From the NCBI GenBank assembly GCA_958296005.1, contig CATQHQ010000001.1:200134-264133 (forward strand): 64,000 bases of DNA. Reading direction: 5' to 3'. The position numbers and the translations under genes were made by a program. This stretch comes from Longimicrobiales bacterium. GTDB lineage: Bacteria; Gemmatimonadota; Gemmatimonadetes; Longimicrobiales; Gaopeijiaceae. This document shows, in pieces, positions 9,321-21,606 of this stretch. Under the pieces are notes generated by a model. It worked only from the letters and a program-made list of their open reading frames with translations, made no database searches and was not told where the DNA came from. Position 1 is the first letter of the stretch; each line of letters starts with the position of its first letter.

Positions 9321-10820
9321 CTAGTTCTGGAACGGCGAAGCGCGGCTCTCCGTCAAGACCCGGTTCATGTCGACCTCAATCGTCACCTCCGTTTCGAGGA
9401 GGGCGGCGGCGGGTCCGTCTCCGTCGTACAGCTCGACGGGAGAGTAGATGTCGATCGCGTACCTGGGGTTCAGGGGAACCCAGGCGGGCACCGCCACGGT
9501 CGTGCCCGGGTCACCTTCGTTGATGCCCTCGTTCTGGTCGATCTCCCTTTGCATCATGGGGAGCTTGATCCCCAAGTCCGCCAAGCGCCGACCTTCCAGC
9601 AAGAGTATCTCCTGCCGAGCCAGCCACAGAGCGTGCCAAAGCTCGTCGGCGGTGGCCAGGGACGAAACGCTGTCGGCGTCCAGAGAGGTGCCGGAAACCG
9701 CGGGGATCTCCAGACCCTTCGCCGGCCGGTCCAAGACTAGTCCAGCACGGAACGGACTGTTGGCGTCTGCCCGGATCATGATCTCCGAACTCCGGGGCCG
9801 CAGGGAGAGGTCCGCGTTCCGTCGCTCGTCGATGTCGTTGAACATGACCATGGCTCGGGTCCCGGCGATGGTGATCGCCGTCGCCAACTGTGCCGCCGCT
9901 CTCGACAAGTCTCCGCTGGCCAAGGCCGCCTCGGCCAGGATCAGACGCATCTCCTCGGCACTGGCGATCGGAATCGCGGCGGCGCGAGTCGTGTACTTGG
10001 GATCGAGGAAGTCAAGGCGGGGCAGGGGCTGCATCTCCTGCAACGCTCGTAGGACCAGGAAGGCCACGGCCGTGTTGTTGAGGAAGCTGGCGTCGTACCC
10101 CTGGGCAAAGAGGAAGTTCGGCGCAGCGGTCAGTACCGTGTTGGCGGCAGCTTCGGCTGCTCCGGCGTCGCCGAGCAGACGATGGGCCCTCGCCAAGGCC
10201 GCGTTCGCTTGGGCGCCGAACCCGGTTGCAGCCTGAAGATCGGTAACCGCCTTGGCCAAGGACGTCGTTGCGGGCTGGGGCGTCCCGTCCTCCTCGTGAG
10301 GCACAAAGGAGAAGACTTCGCCCATCGTTAGAAAGGCCATTCCGCGGTAGTAATGGGCCTCGGCGACGAGGGCCGCCGGCGCTGTCTCGTCGTTGGGCGC
10401 GATCTCGTCGATGACGAAGTCGGCCAGCGCCCGCAGCTCCTGCACGTTCCAGTAGATGCCGCTGACGCTTGTCCCCGTTCCGTTGAGCAGCTCCGGCTTG
10501 ATCGCGCCCGGATCGTCCATGTCCACGACGATGCCTGTGCCGTGGATCGAATAACTGTCCGTGACCACCTCCGCCACCACATAGGCGTTGACCATGCGGG
10601 CGAACTGCGCTCGCAGGCCCGGCAGCAGAGCCTCGGTGGGACTGCTTGCCTCGGCGAGGTCCGCGTCGGTGGTGGTGGGGTTGCTCACCTGGGTCGGGTC
10701 GATGGCGTCGCAGCCTGCCAGCAGGACGACCACCGCAGCCAAGAGGGCTCCGGCAGCGTGCCTGCGGAGTGCGCTGAAGACGTTCGTGTCGTTCATCGGT
10801 CGGATCATCTCCTTGGCCAT
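9321..10820 (-). CDS. SusD/RagB-family nutrient-binding outer-membrane lipoprotein
   Basis: Lipoprotein signal '...LLAAVVVLLAGCDA'. Helical TPR-like body. Sits immediately (1 nt) downstream of a SusC-type receptor. ATG at 10820 chosen; M at 10808/10796 are also possible. Confidence 0.8.
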   Translation of the reverse strand: MAKEMIRPMNDTNVFSALRRHAAGALLAAVVVLLAGCDAIDPTQVSNPTTTDADLAEASSPTEALLPGLRAQFARMVNAYVVAEVVTDSYSIHGTGIVVDMDDPGAIKPELLNGTGTSVSGIYWNVQELRALADFVIDEIAPNDETAPAALVAEAHYYRGMAFLTMGEVFSFVPHEEDGTPQPATTSLAKAVTDLQAATGFGAQANAALARAHRLLGDAGAAEAAANTVLTAAPNFLFAQGYDASFLNNTAVAFLVLRALQEMQPLPRLDFLDPKYTTRAAAIPIASAEEMRLILAEAALASGDLSRAAAQLATAITIAGTRAMVMFNDIDERRNADLSLRPRSSEIMIRADANSPFRAGLVLDRPAKGLEIPAVSGTSLDADSVSSLATADELWHALWLARQEILLLEGRRLADLGIKLPMMQREIDQNEGINEGDPGTTVAVPAWVPLNPRYAIDIYSPVELYDGDGPAAALLETEVTIEVDMNRVLTESRASPFQN

Positions 10821-10821
10821 T

Positions 10822-13728
10822 TTAGAACACCACCTCGACGCCGAACCTGAAGGTCCGGTTGGGAGGCAAGGTGACGCTGCTCTCACCGCCGAGCTCGAGG
10901 CCTCCGCCGTTAAGCCCGCTGAGCTCGCCGTCGATCATCGCGTTGCGGGACCAAATCCATAGGTTCTGGGCCGACCCATACACGGTCGCCCGGCCCAGGC
11001 CCGCCCTGCCGATGATGTCGTCGGGAAGGGCGTACCGCACCGACACTTCTCGGACCTTGAAGTAGTCGCCGTCATACAGGAAGGCGCTCCGGGCCGCACT
11101 CTGGCTGTACTTGCCTCGGCGTGTCCCGTCCGCGTTGTACTGAACCGGAAATTCGTATTCGCACCCAACCTCTGCGCCGTCGTCCATGCCGCATCGAACC
11201 AGCTCCCGGCGGTAGATGCCGTTGAAGGTGGCCCATACCGAACCGAAGTCGAAGACGTGATGACCACCCGCCCAGTCCGCCAGCGCGCTGATGGTGAGGT
11301 TGCTGCCCACAGAGACGGTCGTGTTGACGCCGCCGCTCTTGTCCGGCACCGGCATGTCCCCGGTGAAGACGCGCTCGGAGCCGTCGGCCAGTCCGTCGCC
11401 GTTGGTGTCCGTCGGGGTCGTCACGCGCCAAGCGCCGACGGGCATGCCCTGGGTCACCCACTTCTGACCGTCCACGCCGAAGTCGGCGACACCGCCCATG
11501 TCCGTCACCTCGTTGTGCACCCACTGGAAGGTCCCGCCGACGGACCAAGCGACTTCGCGAAGGTTCAGCAGCTGAACGTTGGCGGCGACCTCCACGCCGG
11601 TGTTGCGTATCTCTCCCACGTTCTCCTGTTGCGTGCCCTGTCCCGTCACCGGCTGTCGCGGCACCTGGAAAAGGGCGTCGGAGGTGATCGCGTCGTACCA
11701 AGTGAAGTTGAGGCCGATTCGGTTGTCCAACAGGGCGGCGTCGATGCCGGCTTCGATCGTCGAAGTGGTCTCCGGCCTCAGGTCCGCGTTCCCTGGATTG
11801 GCGAAGCGCGGCGCCGACTCGCCCCGGAAGGAGGTGGCGGAAAACGTCCGGTCCTTCAGGAACGCCCCGGGGAAGTTACCCGCTTGTCCGTAGGCCGCCC
11901 GGATCTTGAGCTCGTCGACGAACCCAAGGGGAAGATCCTCGGAGAGGATGTAAGAGCCCGTGGCCTTCGGGTAGATCTTGTAGTCGATGTTGTCGCCAAA
12001 GCTGGACGCGGCGTCGACCCGGAAGCCGCCGCCCACGTACAGCTTGTTCCAGAGGCTCACCTGCTCGTCCACGTACACGCCGCCGCTGAACACCTCGGCG
12101 TTGCCCTCGTCGGCTGTGATCGTCGCCGCCGAACCGAAGTCGAAGGTGCCGGGCAACGCGAACGTCCGGCCCAGTCCAATGATCGTGCTCTGATCGTCGC
12201 GGAACCCCTGCACTCCGACGGACGTGGCGGAGCCGTAGGCACCGCCTGCGCTGCTCCAGTTGTACGTCAAGCCCGCGTCCAGGGACACGGAAGTGAAGGA
12301 ACGGTCGAAGCGGCGAAGCTGTCCCGTGGGTTCACCCGGCGTGAAGCCGATCGGCTGATACGTGCGCTGCTGGTTGGTGCGGTTGTCCGTGCCCAACGTA
12401 AACCGGAAGCCCAGGTCGTCGCGGATCTGCCAGCGCGCCGTAGTGGACACGATGAACCTGTTGACCGCTTCCGTGATGTCCGGCAACAGGAAGATGTCCA
12501 TCGCCTCCTGCAGTGTGGCCGCTCCCGAAAAGAACAGCGCGTCGCCCACCTCGAAGCTGGTCAGCGGGTCGGCGATCGCCGCGCCATTGTAGAGGCGGTC
12601 GAAGTTGTGGCGCATATAGCTGCCCGCGAACTCGAAGGTGAAGTTCTCGGTCAGGGAGGCCTGAAGGCCGCCGCGAAGGCTGTAGTTCGTGCTCGCGTCC
12701 TTGGGCTGGGTGCCGTCTCGTTCTTCCAGCCGGCCGCTCACGTTGTAGGTCACGTCGGCGGTTCCGCCGGATACGGCCGCGTAGTAGTTCTGGGTCCGGC
12801 CGTTCTTGAAGTAGACGTCCTTCATGAACGTGCTGGGCACTTCCCCCGACTCCACCTGCTTCGGGAAGATCAACCCCGTGTCGAAGATGTACTTGAGCTC
12901 GGGCATTTCGATCCCCTGCTCGATGCGGCCCACGATCCGGGGGGCGCCGGGCGTGCCCTTCTTGGTGAATATCTGAATCACGCCGGTGGCGGCGTCGGAT
13001 CCGTACAGGGTGGACGCGGCGCCGCCCTTGGTGACCTCGATCCTCTCGATGTCGGTCGTGAGCAGGTCGGCCAGCGCCGAGGACTGCTCGCCGCCGGTGC
13101 CGGCGGCCGTGGACTGGTCGTTGTCCACCCGCACGCCGTCCACGTAGATGATCGGGGTTTGGGCGCCGAAGACCGACGACACGCCCCTGAAGTTGATCAA
13201 CGACCCCGTGCCCGGCTGGGCCGAAGTGGCGTTCACCGTCGCGCCGGGCACGCGTCCCTGGAGGAAGCTGGCCACCGACTGGACCGGGGCCACGGCGATC
13301 TCCTCGGCACCCACGACCTCCACGGAGGTTCCAAGGGCGCGCCGTGCGGTCTGGGCGCCGACTCCCGTCACCACCAGCTCGTCCAGGGAGATCGCCGTGG
13401 ACTCCAGCAGGATGTCGATGGTGACGGTCTGGCCCGACCCCACGGTTACGCTCTGCCTGGCCTCGCTGTAGCCGATCAGCGAGACGCGCACGACGTGGTC
13501 GCCCGCTGGCACGTTGAGGAGCAAGAAACGCCCGGAGGCGTTGGCCAGCTGGCCGATCCCGGTTCCTTCGACCAGGACCTGGGCGTCGGAGAGCGGCCGC
13601 ATCGAGGATGCGTCCACCACCTGCCCCTGTACGACGCCCGTCTGGGCCACGGCTGGGGCTGCAGTGCCCACCAGCGCGAAAAGTGCGGCAAGGACTGCAA
13701 CCGCATTCATACGTAGGGTTCCGTTCAT
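10822..13728 (-). CDS. SusC/RagA-family TonB-dependent receptor
   Basis: Signal peptide. Carboxypeptidase-regulatory-like N-domain ('GVVQGQVVDASSMRPLSDAQVLVEGT...GRFLLLNVPAGDHVVRVSLIGY'). Plug ('LDELVVTGVG', 'FRGVSSVFGAQTPIIYVDGV'). Terminal beta-strand '...RFGVEVVF'. Confidence 0.92.
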   Translation of the reverse strand: MNGTLRMNAVAVLAALFALVGTAAPAVAQTGVVQGQVVDASSMRPLSDAQVLVEGTGIGQLANASGRFLLLNVPAGDHVVRVSLIGYSEARQSVTVGSGQTVTIDILLESTAISLDELVVTGVGAQTARRALGTSVEVVGAEEIAVAPVQSVASFLQGRVPGATVNATSAQPGTGSLINFRGVSSVFGAQTPIIYVDGVRVDNDQSTAAGTGGEQSSALADLLTTDIERIEVTKGGAASTLYGSDAATGVIQIFTKKGTPGAPRIVGRIEQGIEMPELKYIFDTGLIFPKQVESGEVPSTFMKDVYFKNGRTQNYYAAVSGGTADVTYNVSGRLEERDGTQPKDASTNYSLRGGLQASLTENFTFEFAGSYMRHNFDRLYNGAAIADPLTSFEVGDALFFSGAATLQEAMDIFLLPDITEAVNRFIVSTTARWQIRDDLGFRFTLGTDNRTNQQRTYQPIGFTPGEPTGQLRRFDRSFTSVSLDAGLTYNWSSAGGAYGSATSVGVQGFRDDQSTIIGLGRTFALPGTFDFGSAATITADEGNAEVFSGGVYVDEQVSLWNKLYVGGGFRVDAASSFGDNIDYKIYPKATGSYILSEDLPLGFVDELKIRAAYGQAGNFPGAFLKDRTFSATSFRGESAPRFANPGNADLRPETTSTIEAGIDAALLDNRIGLNFTWYDAITSDALFQVPRQPVTGQGTQQENVGEIRNTGVEVAANVQLLNLREVAWSVGGTFQWVHNEVTDMGGVADFGVDGQKWVTQGMPVGAWRVTTPTDTNGDGLADGSERVFTGDMPVPDKSGGVNTTVSVGSNLTISALADWAGGHHVFDFGSVWATFNGIYRRELVRCGMDDGAEVGCEYEFPVQYNADGTRRGKYSQSAARSAFLYDGDYFKVREVSVRYALPDDIIGRAGLGRATVYGSAQNLWIWSRNAMIDGELSGLNGGGLELGGESSVTLPPNRTFRFGVEVVF

Positions 13729-13764
13729 TGTCCCTTCCCTATTGTGAGTTGTCCAATCCGTAGT

Positions 13765-15200
13765 CTATCGGAAGTTCCCAAAGTTCGCTTCCGCGGTCGC
13801 CGCTCCGTCGCTCCAATCCACCACCACCACCCCCGACGACTCGGGCGGGATGTTGTTCAGGGCATAGTCGACCAGCGCAGAGACCCGAGCGTAGGCCGTG
13901 GGCTGGTAGCAGATGTTGGTGCCGAAGCTGACGATCCCCACCTGAATCCAGCGCTTCCTGAAGGGTACCATAAGCGGCCCTCCCGAATCGCCGTTGCAGG
14001 TAGACTCGGACGAGCCGAGCATCCCGGCGCAGATCGTCACGTCCAGGATCGACGAGTCCAGGTGGGTCTTGCACTCGTCGTTGCTGATGATCTGCGATTC
14101 CAGCCTCTTCAGAAACGGCGACAGGTTGCCGCCCTCCGACGTGAGACCCCAGCCGACAGTGGTCGCCATCGTGCCCGGCGCGGCCATATTGGCCCTGTCC
14201 GGGGTCAGCAGCTCAATCCGCGGATAGGCGTAGTAGCCTTCCAGCTCAAGCAAGGCGATGTCGTTGGAGATGCCGGCGGACCCGTAGGCGGGGTGGATCA
14301 GTATCCGCGTCACCTTGAGGAGCTCGCCGCCCTCCCGTACGTCGTGGGTTCCCGCCAGGACTTGAATCGCCGCCGGGCCGTCGAGGTCGTCCACGCAGTG
14401 AGCCGCGGTCAGAACCCAGCCGCCGGCCACGAACGTTCCGCCGCATGACAGGAACCCGCCGGTCCGCACCAACGCGACCTGGAAGCGGAACTCCTCTGGG
14501 TCGGTCGGCTCGCCCCCGATGATCGGCAGCGCCCGGAACAGCGACCGCGAACCGGGCACTCCCGGGGCAGTGTTGGTCCAGCCCAGGGTCATCTCCTGCG
14601 TAACGTTGTAGGACTGGCGCTCGTCCAGCCCCTCGAACCGGTACTCGCCGTCGTCGTTGGTGACCGCCGCCGTCTCCGTGGAGTCCCTCGCGCCGTCTCC
14701 GTTCGCGTCCAGGAAGACCACGAAGCCGGGCACCGTCTCCTCGTCCGGGTCTCGTTCTCCATCGTTGTCGGCGTCGTGCCACACCACTCCGGTGATCTCG
14801 TTCTCGCCGGTTCCCGGGGGGCTGTTCACCGTGATGGCGTTCCCCTGGCGGGTGTGCGTCGCCTCGCGCTCGTCGGTCACGGTCAGCGACGGCGTGTAGG
14901 ACCCGGCCTCCTCGTACACGTGAGTCGTCGTGCGGCCGGTGCCGGTCGCCCCGTCCCCGAAGGTCCACGCCCACCCCACGATCGTCCCGTCCGGGTCCGT
15001 CGACGCGCTGCCGTCGAAGCGTACTTCCAGCGGCGCGGCGCCTTCCGCCACGTCCACCGTGAACGACGCCACCGGCGGCACGTTGGGCGTGCCGGTGAAC
15101 GTGTCCGGCTCAGTGCCGCCGTCGCCGCAGGCCGCAACAAGGACGAGCATCGTCGCCGTCGTCGCCGACCGCCGATCCGCTGTCCCTGCTGCTCTACGCA

Positions 15201-15201
<1 letters not shown>
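13765..15201 (-). CDS. secreted lipoprotein: PKD domain + Cna-B/SdrD-like domain + trypsin-like (S1) serine protease
   Basis: 'LVLVAACGD' lipobox. PKD motif 'VRFDGSASTDPDGTIVGWAWTFGDG'. S1 catalytic triad 'LTAAHC', 'NDIALLEL', 'CNGDSGGPL'. ATG 15201-15199 shares one nt with the gyrB TGA. The 988-aa track ORF is read-through into gyrB antisense frames. Confidence 0.9.
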
Positions 15202-17483
<2,282 letters not shown>

Positions 17484-17487
<4 letters not shown>

Positions 17488-18617
17488 GCTTCGATCGCTC
17501 CGGCGCGGATCCGCCAGCGGGCCAGCGACATGCTGCGCAGCCGCACATCCGACTCCTTGGGCACAGTGAGGATCACCTGGCCCCGTCCCTCTTCCTCCAT
17601 GAGCGACATCACCCTCTCCGATCGACCCGGGTCCAGCTCGGCAAAGGCGTCGTCCAGCAGCAGGATCGGCTCGGCGGCGCGCTGACGACGGATCGTTGCG
17701 GCTTCCACCAAGCGCAGGGCCAGGGCGGCGGTGCGGCGCTGTCCCCCGGAGCCGTAGGTGCGGACAGGGACCCGGCGCCCGCCGGACTCGACGGTGATCC
17801 TCAGCTCGTCCCGGTGGGGGCCGGCGCCCGTCGAGCCCCGGCGAACGTCGTCGTCCCAGCCGTCGTCCAGCTTGCGGCGGAAGCTTTCGCGCGCGGCCTC
17901 CGGCGGCGGGTCCGAAGCGTCGTCGGCGGGATCCGCCCCGACGCCCAAGTTCGGCCGGTACTCCATCGCCGCGGCACCGTTCCCGGACACGGCACGGTAG
18001 TAGGCGGCGAAGGCGTCCGCCCAGGCGGCGACCCACTCCTGGCGCAGAACGGCTACCGCCCCGCCTTGCGTCACCAAGGGTCCCTCCCACGCTCGAACGG
18101 CGGCCCGCCCGGAGCCCGCCCGCAGCGCTGCGTTCCGCTGGACCAGCGCCCGCCGATACTCCTGAAGGGCCTTCACGTACCCCGGCCTGTTCAGCGACAG
18201 CACGACGTCGAGGAAGCGCCGTCGCCGCCCCGGCCCGCCGCTGACCAGCCCGGCGTCCGCCGGAGAGAACGCCACCGCGCCGAGTCTGCCCAGGGCGTCC
18301 GCGATCCGGGAAGCGTCGTTTCCGTCCACCGTCACCTTCTTCTTCCTCAGTTTCCGGTCGAACCCGGCGGACACCGTGGCCGGCCTCTCGCCGGAGACCG
18401 CGGCTCGCAGGTGGAACACGTCTTCCGAGAACGCCCCTAGCTGGCCGTCGCCGGCTCCGCGGAACGAACGGAAGCTCTCCAGGTAGTAGATCGCTTCCAG
18501 CAGGTTGGACTTCCCCTGGGCGTTGTCGCCGACGACCGCCACGCCCTCCGGGGGGAACCGCAGCTCCTGGACTCCCAGGTTCCGAAAGTGGCGCAGTTCC
18601 AGCTCCCTCAGAACCAC
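17484..18617 (-). CDS. recF: DNA replication and repair protein RecF
   Basis: 'LRHFRN', Walker A 'GDNAQGKSNLLEAI', signature 'GSGGQRRTAALALRL', Walker B 'ILLLDDAFAELD'. GTG start. Confidence 0.96.
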
Positions 18618-18639
18618 GGTGGAGGCCGGACGAGGCGAG

Positions 18640-18675
18640 CGTCGGACATTTCTTTAATATAGCGAAGACAGGGAC
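18640..18675 (-). promoter_or_regulatory. AT-rich patch upstream of recF (candidate promoter)
   Basis: In an otherwise GC-rich spacer, the minus strand reads '...TGTCTTCGCTATATTAAAGAAATGTCC...' with a TATATT/TATTAA -10-like element ~40 nt upstream of the recF GTG. No convincing -35. Confidence 0.3.
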
Positions 18676-18749
18676 CTGGCGGGGGCTCCAGCCAGGGGGC
18701 CCGCGGGCCGCAGATCGCCCGCCTGCCGCCGCTGTCGGGCCGTCGTCGT

Positions 18750-19535
18750 CTACCGTCCCTCGAAGCGCGCCTTGCGTTTCTCCAGGAACGCCGCCATGCC
18801 CTCCCGCATGTCGCGGGTCGAGGCCAGGAGGCCGAATAGGGACGACTCCAGCGCCAGCGCGTGCTCCATCGTGTTCTCCGCGGCCGCGTACATCGACTTG
18901 AGAGCCATCTCGAGGGCCTTCGGGCCGTTGCGGACGATCCGCGCCAGGAGCTTTTCGGCCCGCTCCATCAACTCGCCGTGGGGCGCGACGACGTTGGCCA
19001 GGCCGATCTCGTAGGCCCGCTGCGCGTCGATCATATCTCCCGTCAGGACGATCTCCATCGCCCGGCCCAGCCCCACCAGGCGGGCGAGGCGGATGGTGCC
19101 TCCGTACCCGGGAATGATCCCGAGCCCCACTTCCGGCAGGCCGAAGTTGGCCCGCTCGCTGGCCACCCGCAGATGGCACGCCAGCGCGAGCTCGCAACCT
19201 CCTCCAAGGGCGTAGCCTCCGACTGCCGCCACCACGGGCTTCGGGAACTCCTCAATCCGCCGGAGCACCGCCTGCCCTTCCCGGCTGACCTCTGTGCCCG
19301 AGAGGGGCTCCATCTCGGCAAGCACGCCGATGTCGGCCCCTGCCACGAACGCCTTGTCGCCCGCCCCTGTGAGCAGCACCCCATGCACCGAGGCGTCGTC
19401 CCGCAGCTGCTCGAACGCTTGGTCGATCTCCTCGATCACACCCGGGTTCAGTGCGTTCAGCTTGTCCTGGCGGTCGATCACGACGGTGGCGACAGCCCCC
19501 GAGACCTCGGTCCTGACGTACTTGCTCTCGTTCAT
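18750..19535 (-). CDS. enoyl-CoA hydratase/isomerase (crotonase) family protein
   Basis: 'VATVVIDRQDKLNALN', 'LLTGAGDKAFVAGADI', 'VAAVGGYALGGGCELALACH', 'FGLPEVGLGIIPGYGGT'. Start taken at ATG 19535 (MNESKY, residue 26 of the track ORF). Confidence 0.92.
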   Translation of the reverse strand: MNESKYVRTEVSGAVATVVIDRQDKLNALNPGVIEEIDQAFEQLRDDASVHGVLLTGAGDKAFVAGADIGVLAEMEPLSGTEVSREGQAVLRRIEEFPKPVVAAVGGYALGGGCELALACHLRVASERANFGLPEVGLGIIPGYGGTIRLARLVGLGRAMEIVLTGDMIDAQRAYEIGLANVVAPHGELMERAEKLLARIVRNGPKALEMALKSMYAAAENTMEHALALESSLFGLLASTRDMREGMAAFLEKRKARFEGR

Positions 19536-19687
19536 GGCTCGAAAGCTAGGAACGCCCGAAGGCGTCAGGAAGCCCCGTTCGGCCGGCCGAGCGGCCTCCG
19601 TCCGCGCCATGGCGGCCCCAGCGGCTTCAGCTTACCTTTCTCGTCCACCAGCAACCCCCCAGGCCCGCCAGCAGCTTCAAGGACCCT

Positions 19688-20125
19688 ATGGCACGTTCTC
19701 TCAACAAGGCCACGCTGATCGGCAACGTCGGCGGCGACCCCGATGTTCGAACCACCGCGAGCGGCAGCCGCGTCGCCAAGCTCTCCCTGGCCACCAGCCG
19801 ATCGTTTCAAGACCGCGCCGGCCAGCAGCAGGAGCGCACCCAGTGGCATCGCCTCACCTTCTTCGGCCGGCTCGTGGACGTGGTGGAGCAGTGGGTCAAG
19901 AAGGGAGACCGACTCTACGTGGAGGGCCGGATCGACTACTCGCAGACCCAGGACGAGCACGGCAACGCCCGCTACTGGACCGACATCATCGTCCAGGAGA
20001 TGATCATGCTGGGCTCTCGGGGAGGCGTCGACGGTGAACAGGGTTCGCAGCGGAGCGGCGGGGGGTATCGGCCGGCGGCCCAGAGTGCGCCGACCGCCGA
20101 GCCCGACGACGACTTGCCGTTCTGA
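19688..20125 (+). CDS. ssb: single-stranded DNA-binding protein
   Basis: '[17 protein letters not shown]', '[16 protein letters not shown]', Gly-rich tail ending in the acidic tip 'DDDLPF'. Confidence 0.96.
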   Translation: MARSLNKATLIGNVGGDPDVRTTASGSRVAKLSLATSRSFQDRAGQQQERTQWHRLTFFGRLVDVVEQWVKKGDRLYVEGRIDYSQTQDEHGNARYWTDIIVQEMIMLGSRGGVDGEQGSQRSGGGYRPAAQSAPTAEPDDDLPF

Positions 20126-20340
20126 TGGCCAACGACGCGATCGAGATGGAAGGGAAGATCACCGAGGTGCTTCCCAACGCGAACTTCAGGGTGAAGTTGG
20201 AGAACGGCCACGAAATCCTGGCGTACCTGTCGGGGAAGATGCGGAAGTTCTACATCCGCGTGCTCGCCGGAGACCGGGTGAAGGTAGAGATGTCTCCCTA
20301 CGACCTCACGCGGGGCAGAGTCACCTACCGTTACAAGTAG
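20125..20340 (+). CDS. infA: translation initiation factor IF-1
   Basis: '[66 protein letters not shown]'. Its ATG shares one nt with the ssb TGA (TGATG). Confidence 0.98.
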   Translation: MANDAIEMEGKITEVLPNANFRVKLENGHEILAYLSGKMRKFYIRVLAGDRVKVEMSPYDLTRGRVTYRYK

Positions 20341-20347
20341 CCGGCGA

Positions 20348-20364
20348 CTGCGCGAGGGGCGCAG
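20348..20364. terminator. short GC hairpin between convergent infA and a hypothetical gene
   Basis: CTGCGC (20348-53) / GAGGG loop / GCGCAG (20359-64) lies within the 25-nt spacer. No U-tract. Confidence 0.25.
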
Positions 20365-20365
20365 G

Positions 20366-20716
20366 TCAGTCCGACTCGGCGTCGCCCTCTTCCCTCTTCC
20401 ACAGTCCCATCAGGTGAGGGTCGAAGCGTTGCGGCTGTCGTTTGTATTCCTCCGCCCAGTCCTGGAACCGGGGGAGCTTTAGGCGGTCGCGGATCTTGCG
20501 GGTTGCAAGTTGGACGGCTTCGTCGTGAGAGGAGGGGGCGATCTGATTGATGCCGCGAGCCTCCGCTTCGGCCAACGCGTACACTTCCTCGGGAGACAGC
20601 GACAGCAGGACGTCGGCCACTCGTCCTGAGCAATAGTCGTCGTACTTCGCACGAAGCACACCGTCGCGGCTGCCTTCTGCCATCCGTTGGCCTTGTCCCC
20701 CAAGGGCTGGATACAC
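20366..20716 (-). CDS. hypothetical protein
   Basis: 116-aa ORF (GTG 20716; alternative ATG 20683 'MAEGSRD'). Helical, charged sequence with no family I recognise. Confidence 0.5.
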   Translation of the reverse strand: MYPALGGQGQRMAEGSRDGVLRAKYDDYCSGRVADVLLSLSPEEVYALAEAEARGINQIAPSSHDEAVQLATRKIRDRLKLPRFQDWAEEYKRQPQRFDPHLMGLWKREEGDAESD

Positions 20717-20853
20717 ACCTCGGTAGTTAGACGTTTACCGAGACATTAAGGTTGTGCAGAGGGGTACTAAGGTCAAGGTCGTGAGTGGAAGACCCTATCG
20801 ACGAGCCCGCCTACGACGACGCGCCGGCCACCGACGCGCTGGCCACCCCCGGC

Positions 20854-21075
20854 CTACGGCTGCACGAACCCGCTGGACCCGTGGTCCGGCGACGCCGAGA
20901 CGGCTTGGTTGTTCAACTGGTCGTCCCGAAGCGCTCGGTACGCCGATCGCCGGGCGAACCCGTACGTGAGCACCTGGGCGACGAACCCGGGATCGGAATG
21001 CTGGACACTCTCCACTTCGTCGGCCACATCGGCCGGGAGCCGAACGTCAAGTCGCACGGACCGGGTGTTCCACAT
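20854..21075 (-). CDS. hypothetical small protein (possible ribbon-helix-helix-like N-terminus)
   Basis: 73 aa with an ATG start. 'RSVRLDVRLPADVADEVESV' resembles an RHH beta-strand plus helix. Third-position G+C is high by hand count. Competes with the + strand ORF 20785..21180. Confidence 0.35.
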   Translation of the reverse strand: MWNTRSVRLDVRLPADVADEVESVQHSDPGFVAQVLTYGFARRSAYRALRDDQLNNQAVSASPDHGSSGFVQP

Positions 21076-21606
21076 CGGCGCTTCATCCCTTCAAGTCGGT
21101 TGGCGGGCACGGAGCGGAACCGGTCCGGCCGCGGGGGGCCGGTCGTCTTCTCTCCGCAAGGTCGGGCCGAAACGATATGAAGCCGAGCGGGGATTCACAA
21201 GGGAGCGGGGCGGAGCATCCCGATTCGGCGGGGCTCGCCCTGCCAACTATACGCAAACTATTGTTCAGAAACGACTTACGAAGAATCGTCGCCTGGGCTA
21301 CGTCACATGTTTTCGACGATCTGCACCGCTTGTTTCGGTACCTGTCCCCGGTGACTCGGCCATCGTCTTGGTACGGCTCCAAGTACCGTTTCAACATGGA
21401 CTTGTGACGATTTCAACCGCACCCGAAACGGGTCGTTCGGGCGCCGATTACGCGCCCTGAAACCGGACTCCGAGAAACATCTTCGGACGGCTGCCGCGGG
21501 TCCGAGATCGATCTCCTCCGAGTCGTTCGCGACGCCCCCCCGTCACCCCCCGGCTGCGCCGCAGCTCCCCCGCAACGCCTCCCCGGCTCCCGGGCAAGTC
21601 CGTCTA

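Noticed and set aside
11257-13716. 819-aa + strand ORF
   Set aside because: Antisense to the SusC-type receptor. Low-complexity R/G/V/H composition and no recognisable domain.
18618-18749. Replication origin next to recF/gyrB
   Set aside because: There is no dnaA or dnaN gene nearby and no TTATCCACA-like DnaA boxes in the spacer. Only a short AT-rich patch is present, which is better read as a promoter.
20719-20742. 7-bp inverted repeat CTCGGTA / TACCGAG upstream of the 20366..20716 gene
   Set aside because: The stem is short and the loop is 10 nt. There is no U-tract and no partner regulator gene identified. It could be an operator or could occur by chance, and is too weak to call.
20785-21180. 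131-aa + strand ORF competing with the 73-aa minus-strand ORF
   Set aside because: The predicted protein is largely disordered-looking (Pro/Arg/Gly-rich). The minus-strand ORF has somewhat higher third-position G+C and a more protein-like pattern. Neither is strongly supported.
21207-21560. Possible tmRNA (ssrA), suggested by 'GGGGCGGAGCATCCCGATTCGGCGGGG'
   Set aside because: There is no T-arm (GGTTCGAnTCC) and no complementary acceptor 3' strand with ACCA within 300-420 nt. No short tag ORF ends in a hydrophobic xAA-stop. The nearest in-frame stop gives a 34-codon non-tag-like peptide. Kept only as part of the odd-spacer finding.
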